64,000 bases of DNA from Patescibacteria group bacterium (GCA_049293675.1 JBAQBR010000002.1:214040-278039); one strand, 5' to 3'. Shown: positions 1 to 10,859, counted from the stretch's first letter. Translations and numbers: made by a program. Notes: generated by a model not told the origin, from the letters alone.

Positions 1-2
1 TT

Positions 3-1964
3 GTCGGAGTTCCAAGCTGTGGAACACTTACAGGATCCAATGTAGGAAATGTAAATCCAGGTACTACAGTGAACTATACATGTTCAGCAATCAACTATAC
101 TGGTGCACTTGTAGATCTCGAATATCAGATCAATTGTGGTACGGGGACTGGTGCATGGCTATCATCCAATACGGGCTCATGTGTCGCACCGAGTACATCG
201 AGTACGACGCTTGCAGTGTCATGTGGAGTTCGTGAGAGAACCAATACTGGTGTAGTCTTCTCAGGATCTTTTGAGAATAGTTGTCGTACAACTGTAACAA
301 CAACCGGAGGTGGTGGAGGTGGACCCTCACTCATCGGAAAGACATGTATCAATGGTATTGCAACATGTGCATATTATAATTCTCTGAAAGCATGTACAGA
401 TGCTGGGGTGCCCGCAAGCCTCTGTTATTCTGCTGAGTCAGCTGGACTTAATCTCTGTCAGAATCAAGTAATGACCTGTGGATGAGGAGGTGGCGGAGGC
501 GGTGGAGGTGGCGGAGGATCTCAGTGTGGAAATGGAGTTCTCCAGCCAGGTGAGGAGTGTGATATAGCTGGTGGAGCACCTTGGTGTCAGTCATGTAAGC
601 TCATACTCAATACGAGTCCAGGAGCCAATCCTATTACAGATCTCTGGATGACTATCCCAGTACTCTCCAAAGCTTGATTCGGATATGATTGGATTGATGG
701 ACAACAAGGTAAGCTCCCATTCAGCGCCAATGGTGTAGTCATGGGTGTAGGAGGAAAGGTATTTACTCTTGCGGATACAGTTGGATTCGGAGTCAAGACA
801 CAATACGCTATCCCACTCATGCTCGAAGCAAGTAAAAAAATCTGTCTCGATGGATCAGGTGATAGTATCGACGGTACTACAATATGTACAACCTTCGGTG
901 AAGCTGCAGCTATGACTCCTGGTATTACTACTTTTGTTCGTCCAACAGATGGAAAAAGATATGTTATCATCGGTCGAGGTGACTACCAATACCAGAATAC
1001 TGTATGAGGTACTTACTACAAGAATACATCTACTAGTGCCAACAACATCGACCTCTTCAAGGGATCAAGACAGTATCAGACGTCTGCAGGCAATGCAGGA
1101 CCAACACTCAATAGTGCATTCCAAGGATCAAGAACTGGTAATGGAGAGATAGTGCTTCTCGCTTGTTCTTCTGATGGTGACTGTTCACCAACTGCTGTAG
1201 CAGACCTTGCTCGTCTTCCTGTACGTGTCTCTAGCGCTCTCGTTGGAACCACAGGAACACCAGTCAATCGTAGTATCGAACAATTCGTAAAGACAACGCC
1301 ACAGTCAATCCTCTCAGGATTCCTCGGAAATCTCAGCACAACAACGACAACGAGTACTACTACCAACTCATCATCCAATCTCGGCAATATAGCTGTCAAT
1401 GGTGCAACTGTAGGGAACGTATCTGCATCGAGACTGGATCAGATCCCAGCACTCAACGGGAATCAAAATATCCGTGCAATAAAAGGAAATCTCACTATCG
1501 AAAATTGTGTTAATAATACTTTTGTTATGACGGGTGTCCGTACAGTTATCGTCGAAGGTGATATCATCATACGATGTAATACTGTCTACGAGAATGCTCT
1601 CTCAAGTTGGGCATGGATTGCGAAGGATGGAAATATTATCATCGACAATGGAGATGGTACAGTAAACAATAAGGGAATCACCAATCTTGCAGGCGTCTAC
1701 GTAGCTATAGGTGATACACTCAATACAGGAAAATTTACTCCTATTGCTGGTATCACGACAAGTGCTATCCTCAAGATAGATTGATCTCTCTATGGTAATG
1801 CCAATCCACTTTTCAACTCTCGTCTCTATGCTCGTGGTACAAGTGCGTATGATATCCTCACAACAGGAACTATTATCACATACTCTAACCGAGCACTCGT
1901 GAACCCTCCACCTCTTCTCTCACAATACCTCAACAATTATACGGTTGAACGGGTTGTGAAGTAG
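3..1964 (+). CDS. large secreted Cys/Gly-rich surface protein (5' end outside window)
   Basis: One reading frame joins track ORFs 69..485, 741..1007 and 1152..1784 through in-frame TGA at 483, 675, 1005 and 1782, and ends at TAG 1962. It has a 13-codon Gly run and a CGNGxLxxGEECD Cys-rich repeat motif. A terminator follows. Confidence 0.7.
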
Positions 1965-1981
1965 ATAAGAGTACAATAGAA

Positions 1982-2004
1982 AAATCCCCGAAAGGGGATT
2001 TTTT
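1982..2004 (+). terminator. rho-independent terminator
   Basis: AAATCCCC-GAAA-GGGGATTT hairpin followed by a T-run, 18 nt after the stop codon. Confidence 0.8.
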
Positions 2005-2018
2005 ATGATTTCTATTGT

Positions 2019-2164
2019 ATCCGTCACCCGCGAGGCTGAAGCAATCCAGTATTCCGAGTTCCTATCATTACCGAGTGCCTTAGTCGGCGTAAGTACCCCT
2101 TGAGTATAGAATCAATGTTCTGTTTTTTCCTTCCGTACTTTTCATGATTGAAAAGTACCAAAAG
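2019..2164. repeat. structured intergenic repeat, copy A
   Basis: Module 1 is ATCCGTCACCCGCGAGGCTGAAGCAATCCAGTATT. Module 2 is TTTTCCTTCCGTACTTTT-loop-AAAAGTACCAAAAG, a 9-bp hairpin at 2135..2158. Both modules recur at 35323..35394. Confidence 0.6.
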
Positions 2165-2328
2165 CTCCCGAGGGTGACAAAAGCACCCCAAGGGTACTTC
2201 CAATCTCCGCTTCGCTTCGAAAGGGGCGCTCGTTCGCTTCGCTCATCAATACATTGTTATCGTCCGACTCAGACAGTTTGTCCCCCTCGGACTCCCCATT
2301 TTGTGTTTACATCTTTTATGTCAGAAAA

Positions 2329-2358
2329 CAAAAAACTCCAGAAAATTCTGGAGTTTTT
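2329..2358 (-). terminator. rho-independent terminator (bidirectional shape)
   Basis: ACTCCAG-AAAATT-CTGGAGT hairpin flanked by an A-run and a T-run, downstream of the minus-strand ATPase gene. Confidence 0.7.
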
Positions 2359-2451
2359 ACTATTAAATATCACTATTTACTATCTTTTTTTCTCTCAGCA
2401 TCTTTTTCTGCTTTTACTTTTGAGACATCAGGAGTCTGTGACTCAAGATAA

Positions 2452-4767
2452 TTATTCTTGAGGTTTTTGTTTTCTCTCCATCTCTTTTTTGATTTTTAAC
2501 CCCTCTTTATATGCGGCTTGTTCGGTACGGTATTTTTTCTCATCTTCGGAGATCTTCGTAGCATATTCGAATATCTTCTTCTCTACGTAGTCTCGCTTCT
2601 TGGTATACTTCTCGCGTGAGACCTTGAGTAAGACATCACGAGACTGTTGTGGTGGTACATCGATGCGAGAGTGTATCGGTGCGAGTGTCGTTGCTGAGAA
2701 TACAGGAGATGGCATGCCGTCGATGAGGAGCTTGGTATAGATATCATACTTGGCGAGGTTAGTCAGGTCAGCAGGGACGATGACATCCTCACCACCGAAT
2801 GCATCTGAGAGTACTCGGGCATCGTTGAATCCAACCTGGAATGAGACAAGTGTACCGACATTGCCGAATACTGCCCCCTGAACTGTCTCAGGCATCTGCT
2901 CGATGTATTGGTTCGCCATCGTGAGTGAGAGTTTGTATTTTCGGGCTTCTGATAGTATCGTAGCAAAAGAATCCGTTGCAAAATTCTGAAACTCATCCAC
3001 ATAGAGTCCGAAGTCCTTGCGTTCTGATTCGGGCATATCTGCACGCGTCATCGCTTCAATCTGGAACTTGGTCACCATCATCGCACCAAGGAGGGCAGAG
3101 GCATCTTCTCCGATCTTTCCCTTCGAGAGATTCACGATAAATATCTTCTCATTGTCCATAATCCATCTGAGAGAAAATGGATTCTTCGGTTGACCGAGGA
3201 TATTGCGAAGAATCGGCGATGAGAGAAATTGTCAGACCTTATTGAGTATCGGGTTGATTGCCTCACTCATCTGCGCGGGTGCCATCTTTTCAAATTCTTG
3301 TGTCCAGAACTGTATGAGTATTGGGTCTGTTATTTTACTTACAACCTTGCGTCTATAGGACTCGTGCGTGAGCATGAGCGGTATAGAGATGAGTGTTGTA
3401 TCTGGGATCAGGAGGAGTGTGAGTATCGTATTGCGGAGGATGTATTCGAGACGTGGTCACCAACTCTCGGCGAACATCTTCTTGAATATCGAAACCAGCC
3501 CAGATGCCACAATCGGACGGAGTTCTGGACGGGGATTGTCGAGCATGTTGAACGCTATCGGGAACTCTGTGTCTGACGGGTCAAATAATACGATATCGTT
3601 GGTACGAGATTTTGGGATATTGGCGAGTATCGTATCTGCGAGGTCTCCATGTGGATCGATGAGGCCCACACCACGACCACTCATGATATCTGAGTAGAGC
3701 ATGTTCTCGAGAAGTGTCGACTTACCCATACCGGTCTTACCTATGATATAGACATGACGCGCACGGTCGATCGGCTTGATACCGAATCCTTGTGTACTCT
3801 CTCGAAAATTGGAGATACCGATTGGTGTATTCGGTGAGTCTGGACTTGGGAGATTATGTGGTGGTTCGAACTTGCGTGTCGTCACCCAGTTCACCCCAGG
3901 AGTTTTGACGTATATAGTTGGGAGGTGGATGATACCTGCGAGTTCCGTTGCAGAGAGGATGGTACGATACTTGGAAAATCCACGCGGAATACTGCTATAG
4001 ATGACTCTCTTAGCTCGGGTGAGTGTGAGATGTCCACCCTTGGGACTCGAGTATATCGAGAGCGCAGCGCTCGTATCGCGTGTTGTACTTGCACCACTCG
4101 CACCAACGAGGACACGTACCGCATATCCATAGTTATCGAACTTGGTTTCAGTTTTTCATTCTTTTGATTTTTCTTCATGATGTTCGTGTTCCTCGGCGTC
4201 ACGTGGAACAAGGAGAGACAAGAACTTGGCTATGATGACAAATGGAAAGAGACCAACTCGTATCCAGCTCCAATATGAGAGAAAAAACACTTTTGCAAAA
4301 GTTGGCAATAAGTGAGTTTCGATAATCTTCTTCTGGCTTCCTATTTTCCAGTCACTATCGGGGAGTGGTGCAAAGTCCACTCGTACGAATGCAGTATCCT
4401 CACGCCGACACTTGGAAAGTGCAGAAGTGATAGATGAGAGTGGATCGATAGATTCCTTCTCTGTACGATCCTTCATACTCACATAGAGCTTCAGGGTCTC
4501 ACTATCGATATGTTCGAGTCGAGCCTCCTGTATCTGGAATTCCTGCTCGTTTTTGATAGGGAAGCTTGACTCTCGTATCTCGATATCTGCATAATGTGCA
4601 TAGAGCTGGCTCTCGAGGAACTCTCGATGCTTGGACTCTACTTGGAAAAAAAACCGAATCCGTCCCTCCTGATGTATCATGAAAAACCGAAATATCGGAG
4701 CCGTATGCCTCCAGTGAAAAAATCCTACATGTCTGTCATGGAGTGTGTCATGGAGTGTCGAGAGCAT
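2452..4767 (-). CDS. TraD/VirD4-family (type IV secretion coupling-protein-like) P-loop ATPase
   Basis: Track ORFs 4156..4767, 3457..3894 and 2452..3159 lie in one frame and join across TGA. Walker A is HVYIIGKTGMGKST and the Walker B-like motif is LYVDEFQNF. A hydrophobic segment sits in the N-terminal part. The start could instead be TTG at 4845. Confidence 0.75.
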
Positions 4768-5036
4768 CTCTCGAGCGACGAAGACTCACTTTTCATTGGC
4801 TCTATCGACGGCAACTTCGAGAGTGATGAGGGGAGAGGAAGACAAGAGGAAGAAGGCAAGGAGCTAAATTTGTTGCATTGTACATATTTCCTATGGAAAA
4901 TCCAGTTGTATATTTCACCTTTTTCTCTATACTCCAGAGCATGCAAATTGTGCCACTTACAACATCAGAACTCCATATCACGAGTGATACAACACTCCTT
5001 GATAGATGAGAGGTCTCTATTTCGGAGATATACGTA

Positions 5037-5504
5037 TTACCTGGTATACGACTTCATTATGTCTTTATCGGCGAGATAGATGGGAATTATGTGCGCGCTT
5101 TCCATCTTGCCGAGGGTGTACGTTTTGATGGCGGGGCTGTCATATATGCACAAGATATATCTTACCGGGCGACGACATACATCGAGGGAGACAATATATC
5201 ATCACACCTTCAGATACTCGGACTTGCACGTGCTCTCTCCAAGCTCGATATCCGTGGTAGCTCTATCGTCGATGCTCCATATCGTCACACGGTGACTCGA
5301 GTTGACCAGAACAATATATTCCTCGGGGAAGGTGGGAGTATCCGAGGGATGCCAGTACTCGAGATTGCAACCGATGATATTGAGTGAGGACACTCATGTC
5401 GGATACATCGCGTATCTGGAGAGGCACTTTTTTACCTCCAGTCACATGGTCTCGATGCAGTCACCGCTGAGTGACTTCTCATCGATGCAGAGCTCCGTAA
5501 GCAT
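5037..5504 (-). CDS. hypothetical protein (155 aa)
   Basis: The frame of track ORF 5202..5393 extends through TGA codons (including a TGATGA pair at 5199..5204) to TAA at 5037. ATG 5504 is the first in-frame ATG. It sits just upstream of the ATPase gene on the same strand. Confidence 0.5.
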
Positions 5505-5692
5505 ACGAGCATCATCAGTGATTGTGAAGTCTGTGATGGACTCGTAGATGAGATACGCAGAGTCATATTTGCAAAATAAAAAGTATACAAAGTATACAAA
5601 AATACATAAAAAAGTGTAGACAAGTACTTTTTGGTAACAAAAGTTGAATAAAAGGATTATACAGATATACTCACGAGTATAATCTATATCTT

Positions 5693-7849
5693 ATGGCTGA
5701 ACAAATCAACCAACTCAATGCTTGAGTCAGAATCTGACCAAAATTTGAATACTTCAATCTCGGTAATGTTACTATCAAGTCACTTGCTCAGAATAACATA
5801 ATTCCAAAAAAAGATTATGGAGATTATAATATAAAAAGACCCGATGGGCTCTTAGTAGACAGAACTGACAAGAAAAACCCTAAAGTTATTGCTGTTGTTG
5901 AATATAAAGATAAAAAGAGATTTCAGACTGAAAAAGACGTCAATGATGCGGTAAAACAATGTAACGACTATGCTCAAGTTCTTGGTGCTACATTTTGAGT
6001 TGCTACAGATACTAATGTATCAATCTGGATCAATCCAAAGGCTCAAAATTCTCAAAATCAATATATTGATGAAAAGTGAAATACAAGAAGCTATGAATTT
6101 ATCCGAGATGATGAACAACAGAAAATTAGTAGTAATTTTTATTTTCATCTCCAGAATGTTGATCAAGTTGATATAGAGAAGTTTTCAGATGAGGTAAAAG
6201 AGACCGATAATCTCATTACAAGAATTCTTGAATCAGATATATGAGAAAATAAGTCAGATCTCAAAAAAGATGATACGGTTGATCCAACCAATCTCGCAAA
6301 ATCTGTCTGGCAAGATATCTATGTCGCCACAGGAAAAGAGCCAACAAAGTGTCTCTATAATGTGGTGGAACTTTTTATATTCAAATTTCTGAGTGATCTA
6401 TGAGTTATGGAAAGGATGTATAGCTTTTCTTATCTTATTGAGATGATAGAAAATGGTGAAAGTGCAGAGGAAGTGCTTACTTATTATGCTGAAAGAATCC
6501 GATGAAAGATAAGGGAAAAGTTTCCATCAGAACAAGAAAGTAATACTTGACCTGATAAAACAACAATTATAAATGGAACTATCTTTGTTGAAAATAATAA
6601 ACCCGTTTTAGCAACAGCAGCACTCTTTAAAAAATCTATCGAAAAATACGAGAAGTTCTGACCACTCAGAAGTATTGATAAATCCTTTAAAATACGATTG
6701 TATGAAGAATTCTTAAAACGAGATAGTGGGGTAAAATGAATGTGACAATTTTTTACTCCTCGTAAAATAGTTTGAAATATCGTTGAGATGGCAAAAGTTG
6801 AAAACCTCAAAGATGGTGCAAGAGTATGTGATCCATTTTGCGGAGTTGGATGATTCCCGCTCGAAGTTATGACGGAACGACACAATAAGGATTTCCAAGT
6901 TACATGAGGAAAAATCAAACAAAATATTCACTATTTTGGATTCGATAAGTGAAATGATTCCGATGCAGAGAGAACAATTATACTTGCAAAAGCAAATATG
7001 TTGATCTATCTTTCCGACTTGGTGAAAAGTAATAAAAATAGTACGAGAGAATTCGCGAAAGTATTTAATGATACTTTTAAACTCAAAACAGGTACTCTTT
7101 GAACACTCGCAGATGTAGCAGAAAAAGAAGATGAAAAATATGATCTCATCATTACTAATCCTCCGTATGTAACTTCTGGAAGTAGTATACTCAAAGATGA
7201 GATAAAAAATGATTCTGAGAAACAAGACTTTTATAGAATTAATGCTATGTGAGTGGAGGGTCTTGCTATCGAGTGGATAGTGAGAAAACTAAAAAAATGA
7301 TGAAAGGCTTTTGTGGTTGTACCTGATGGGATATTCAATCGTCTCAATGATAATAAACTCAGAAAGTTCATTATGGATGAGTGTTATGTCAATGGCGTTA
7401 TTTCATTGCCAATCAATACATTCTTCACAACACCGAAGAAGACCTATATCCTTGCAATAACTAAGAAAGATAAAAAAGAAGATAAGCAGATAAAGCCAGT
7501 ATTTACCTATCTTGTCACGGATATTGGTGAGACACTTGATGTATATCGATTCGATACCTGAAAGAGCGATCTTGAGAAGGCAAAAAACCTCTTTCGAATG
7601 TTTGAATGAAATGAGAATTACTTTACTACAGACGATAAGAGATGTAAAATACAATCTTTTTCAAAATTTGAAGAAGAAGTAAATAATTATTGGACGGTGG
7701 ATAGATGGTGGACAAAAGAAGAGAGAATAGAATTAGGAGTTGAGGAATTAGAAGAAGTCTTAAATGCGCAGGAGTTTCTCGAAAAGCTCCAAGAAGTAAG
7801 AGGAAAAATAGATGAGATGGAAAAAGAACTTAAAGATTTTTTAAAGTAA
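5693..7849 (+). CDS. fused PD-(D/E)xK nuclease-like / gamma-class N6-adenine DNA methyltransferase (BcgI A-subunit-like RM protein)
   Basis: A 718-codon frame that is open only if about 20 TGA codons are sense. Motifs: GQFFTPR, DPFCGVGGF (motif I) and NPPY (motif IV). The N-terminal roughly 150 aa carry PDGLLVD...VVEYK (PD...ExK). Confidence 0.8.
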
Positions 7850-7851
7850 AT

Positions 7852-8955
7852 ATGGAACTTAAGAAAAGTATCTCCATTGGCGATAAATCTTATTTTAGTA
7901 CCTTTATTTGAAAAAGAGTATTGAGAAAGGATTTAGAAAAAATAAAGGATAGTCATAATGCGACCATTCCTCTTTATAGTGCGAATGTCCATAAACCTTT
8001 CTGATTCGTTGAGAGTTCAAATATTTCAGACTTTTCATCACCATTTATACTTTGGTGAATAGATGGTGATTTTGACTTCTCGATTCAAGAATCTGGAGGT
8101 ATCTTTGCTACTACAGACCACTGTGGTTGTATCAAGATACTAGATAGGAATATCTATCCATGATATCTCCTTTATGTCTTACGAATTGCAAAAACCATTT
8201 ATAATTTTGATAGAAGTCTCCGATCAAATCTTGAGAATATTAGTAAAATAGAAGTATCAATCCCAGTGAAAGAAAACTGAGAATTTGATCTCGGAAAACA
8301 AAAAGAAGTCGCAGAGAAATATGAAAAACTAGAGAAGATAAAGGATAGAATCCGAATTATGAAAGAGGATAATGAGAATTATCAGGTGGAAATTAAATTT
8401 GATTGAAAAGTTCAAGAAAAACTCTTGAAAAATATTTTTGATCTATCTATAAATACGAATGCCTCATTTTTCACAAAGGGCTTTGTGGATAAAAATAGAT
8501 GAAATATACCCGTTTTTTCTGCCTCAAAAAATCAGGATATAATATGATATTGATATATTAAAGATAATTTACAATGAATTAAATATTTTGAGAACTGTTT
8601 AACGTGGAATATTGATGGGTCAATAGGAAAGGCATTTTATAGAGATTGAAGGTTTTCACTTTCGGAAAAAGTTATACCACTTATACTATTTGATGACTTG
8701 AAATCGGACTTAGATATTAACTTTCTAAAATACTCAATTGAAATTGAGTCTAAAAAAGAATGATTCTGATTCTCAAAAAAGGCATGAAAATGAAGAATTA
8801 AGGATATTTTACTTAAAATACCAGTAAGGAAGAATTGAGAATTTGACCTCGAAAAACAAAAAGAAATTGCTCAGAAATATGAGAAAATCGAAAAGATGAA
8901 AAATGATCTTATCCAAGAACTTGAGTATCTCGAGTCTGTAAAAGTAGAAATATAA
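7852..8955 (+). CDS. HsdS-like specificity subunit with two target-recognition domains
   Basis: Starts 2 nt after the methylase stop. 367 codons with 16 in-frame TGA. The conserved spacer NGEFDL(G/E)KQKE(V/I)A(E/Q)KYEK occurs twice, the typical S-subunit architecture. Confidence 0.75.
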
Positions 8956-8959
8956 AACT

Positions 8960-9154
8960 ATGAAAATCCATCTCCCTCAGAAAATCCTCTCTGCTATCGA
9001 AAATGATAGACTCAAGCTTGAGCCATGAAAGAAGTTTTGGTACAGTTATATCCTCGATATTCAAGAGCTCGTATGGGCAAGGAATCTAAGAGATGGATAT
9101 CAGATACATGTATATGATAAGGATTCCATACATCTCATAACTATAACTATATAA
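8960..9154 (+). CDS. small hypothetical protein (64 aa)
   Basis: ATG 4 nt after the S-gene stop, one TGA, ends in TAA. A terminator follows immediately. Confidence 0.35.
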
Positions 9155-9156
9155 CA

Positions 9157-9190
9157 AAATCCCTCACTCATACGAGTAAAGGGATTTTTT
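9157..9190 (+). terminator. rho-independent terminator
   Basis: ATCCCT...AGGGAT hairpin followed by TTTTTT. Confidence 0.7.
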
Positions 9191-9198
9191 GTATCTTT

Positions 9199-9276
9199 TG
9201 GAGACACCAGTCGGATTTGAACCGACGGCTTTAGAGCTTTGCAGGCTCTTGCAATGGGCCACTCTGCCATGGTGTC
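9199..9276 (-). tRNA. tRNA-Cys (GCA)
   Basis: Cloverleaf with acceptor GACACCA/TGGTGTC, anticodon stem AGAGC/GCTCT, loop CTGCAAA, T-arm GTCGG-TTCAAAT-CCGAC, and an encoded CCA. Confidence 0.85.
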
Positions 9277-9315
9277 ATGCAATATAGATACGAGCGGGAT
9301 TGTATCAAAAACCCT

Positions 9316-9654
9316 CTAAAATGCAAAAGTTTTTGCTTGCTCCTGATCTTTTTGAATCTGGTCTTTCAGTTCTTCAAGGGAATCAAATTTTTTATTGTCG
9401 CGGATTTTGGCGACTATTGTGATAGTGAGAACCTTGTCATAGAGGTCTCAGGCATAGCTGAAGAGGTGAGCCTCAAAGAGAGTTATACCTTCCCTATAGG
9501 TTCACATACCAGCGTAGCTCATACCATCAAAGTCAATTATGAGAGCATACACTCCATCCTCTACGACTCATGGAGCGAGTTCGATATTGGCTGTCGGATA
9601 GCCTATAGTTCGACCGAGTTTTTTGCCGTGGATGACTATTCAAGAGAATTGCAT
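9316..9654 (-). CDS. riboflavin kinase domain protein (stand-alone, no FAD synthetase domain)
   Basis: GIVIHGKKLGRTIGYPTANI motif. 112 aa with several TGA = Gly codons. Track ORF 9277..9705 is the antisense strand. Confidence 0.7.
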
Positions 9655-9694
9655 GTACGCAGTATAAAAAAATCCCCTATTTTTGCAAAGGAGA

Positions 9695-10207
9695 TTAATC
9701 TTTGAGAGTTATAACCATTACCCATTTATTCAGTCCAGAGTGATGAAATAATCTTGGTGAATTAAATCGATTGTCCGTTTGTAGATTCTCTTGAACTCAG
9801 CTAAAGTTCACATTTTCTAGGTGTTTTTTTAATTTTTCTTTTTCATCAGGGTCTATTGGTAGCTCAGAAGCAGGTAATGATGTAATATCGAATTTAACTA
9901 AGTTTTCTGTATTAATTGTATGTGTTTGTTCGATGAGTACTTCTTTTATATTAGTTCCTGGTTGTGAGAGGATGGCATGGATTTTATTTATTCATTCAGT
10001 CTCTTTTAGTATATATTGTGAAGGATTTATCCGAGACTCAGGTTGGAGTTTTAGTTTTCTACTTGGTTGAGAATCAGGAATAAAATCCTTTAGTCCATCA
10101 ATTAATTTAGTATTAAATATCCCTAATAGAGTAATTGATCTATGAACAATCCTATCCATTGCTCATCTTGTATGTTCAGTATATGATAATTTGTGTTCTT
10201 TTGTCAT
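9695..10207 (-). CDS. hypothetical protein (170 aa)
   Basis: Open frame from ATG 10207 to TAA 9695 when TGA is read as sense. Confidence 0.45.
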
Positions 10208-10280
10208 ACCTAAACTATATCATATTCTTTTAATGGAGGCAAATTATCATACAATTATTCCTCTTGTCTGATAATATTAT

Positions 10281-10859
10281 TTATTTCACATTCATCCTCT
10301 GTATATACTTCCCAAGGATATCGAACTCGATATTGATAGGACTCGATACGCTGAGAGTTCAGATATTGGTCACATTCCATGTATGTGGGATGAGTGATAC
10401 TGTGAGATAATCATCCCCCGCAGTCACGATAGTGAGACTTACGCCGTTGAGTGCTACGCTTCACTTCTCGACGATGAGGTTGCGATACTTGGGGTCAAAA
10501 TCTATTCGAACAAGATAAGAGTCATCTTGATTATGAGTAATCTCCGTTACGGTTCCAACTGTATCCACGTGTCCTGTGACGAAGTGCCCGTCGATACGAG
10601 TCTCAGCCCTGATACATCGTTCGACGTTGAACATGTCTCAGACTTTTTTATCTCCAAAATTGGTACGAGAAAAACTCTCCTCCATCGCGAAAAACGTATA
10701 ACTCTCAGGTGTGATATCCGTCAGGGTCATACAGACTCCATCATGCGCGATACTCTGACCGATGGTGAGTGGCTCATCGTGGAAGTTGTTGGTTACTGTG
10801 AAGTTACCACCAGTTCGAGCGATGATGCGAGATGTGCGTTCGATAATTCAGGAGAACAA
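10281..10859 (-). CDS. ribE: riboflavin synthase alpha chain
   Basis: The N-terminus reads (M)FSGIIE from a TTG start, with the conserved G encoded by TGA at 10848..10850. Duplicated lumazine-binding repeats (GHVD..G; SVALNGVSLTI). 192 aa. Confidence 0.8.

Noticed and set aside
2144-2461. A 105-aa ORF in the long gap after the surface-protein gene.
   Set aside because: It spans the repeat modules and a bidirectional terminator. Its sequence is repeat-derived and low-complexity, and it has no start context.
6484-7225. Minus-strand ORFs of 144 and 170 aa inside the RM region.
   Set aside because: They are antisense to the methyltransferase gene, which has canonical motifs. They are low-complexity AT-rich translations.
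9199-9226. An att-type direct repeat of the tRNA-Cys 3' end could mark the far border of an island.
   Set aside because: I found no second copy of the tRNA 3' segment and no integrase gene between 2000 and 9200.
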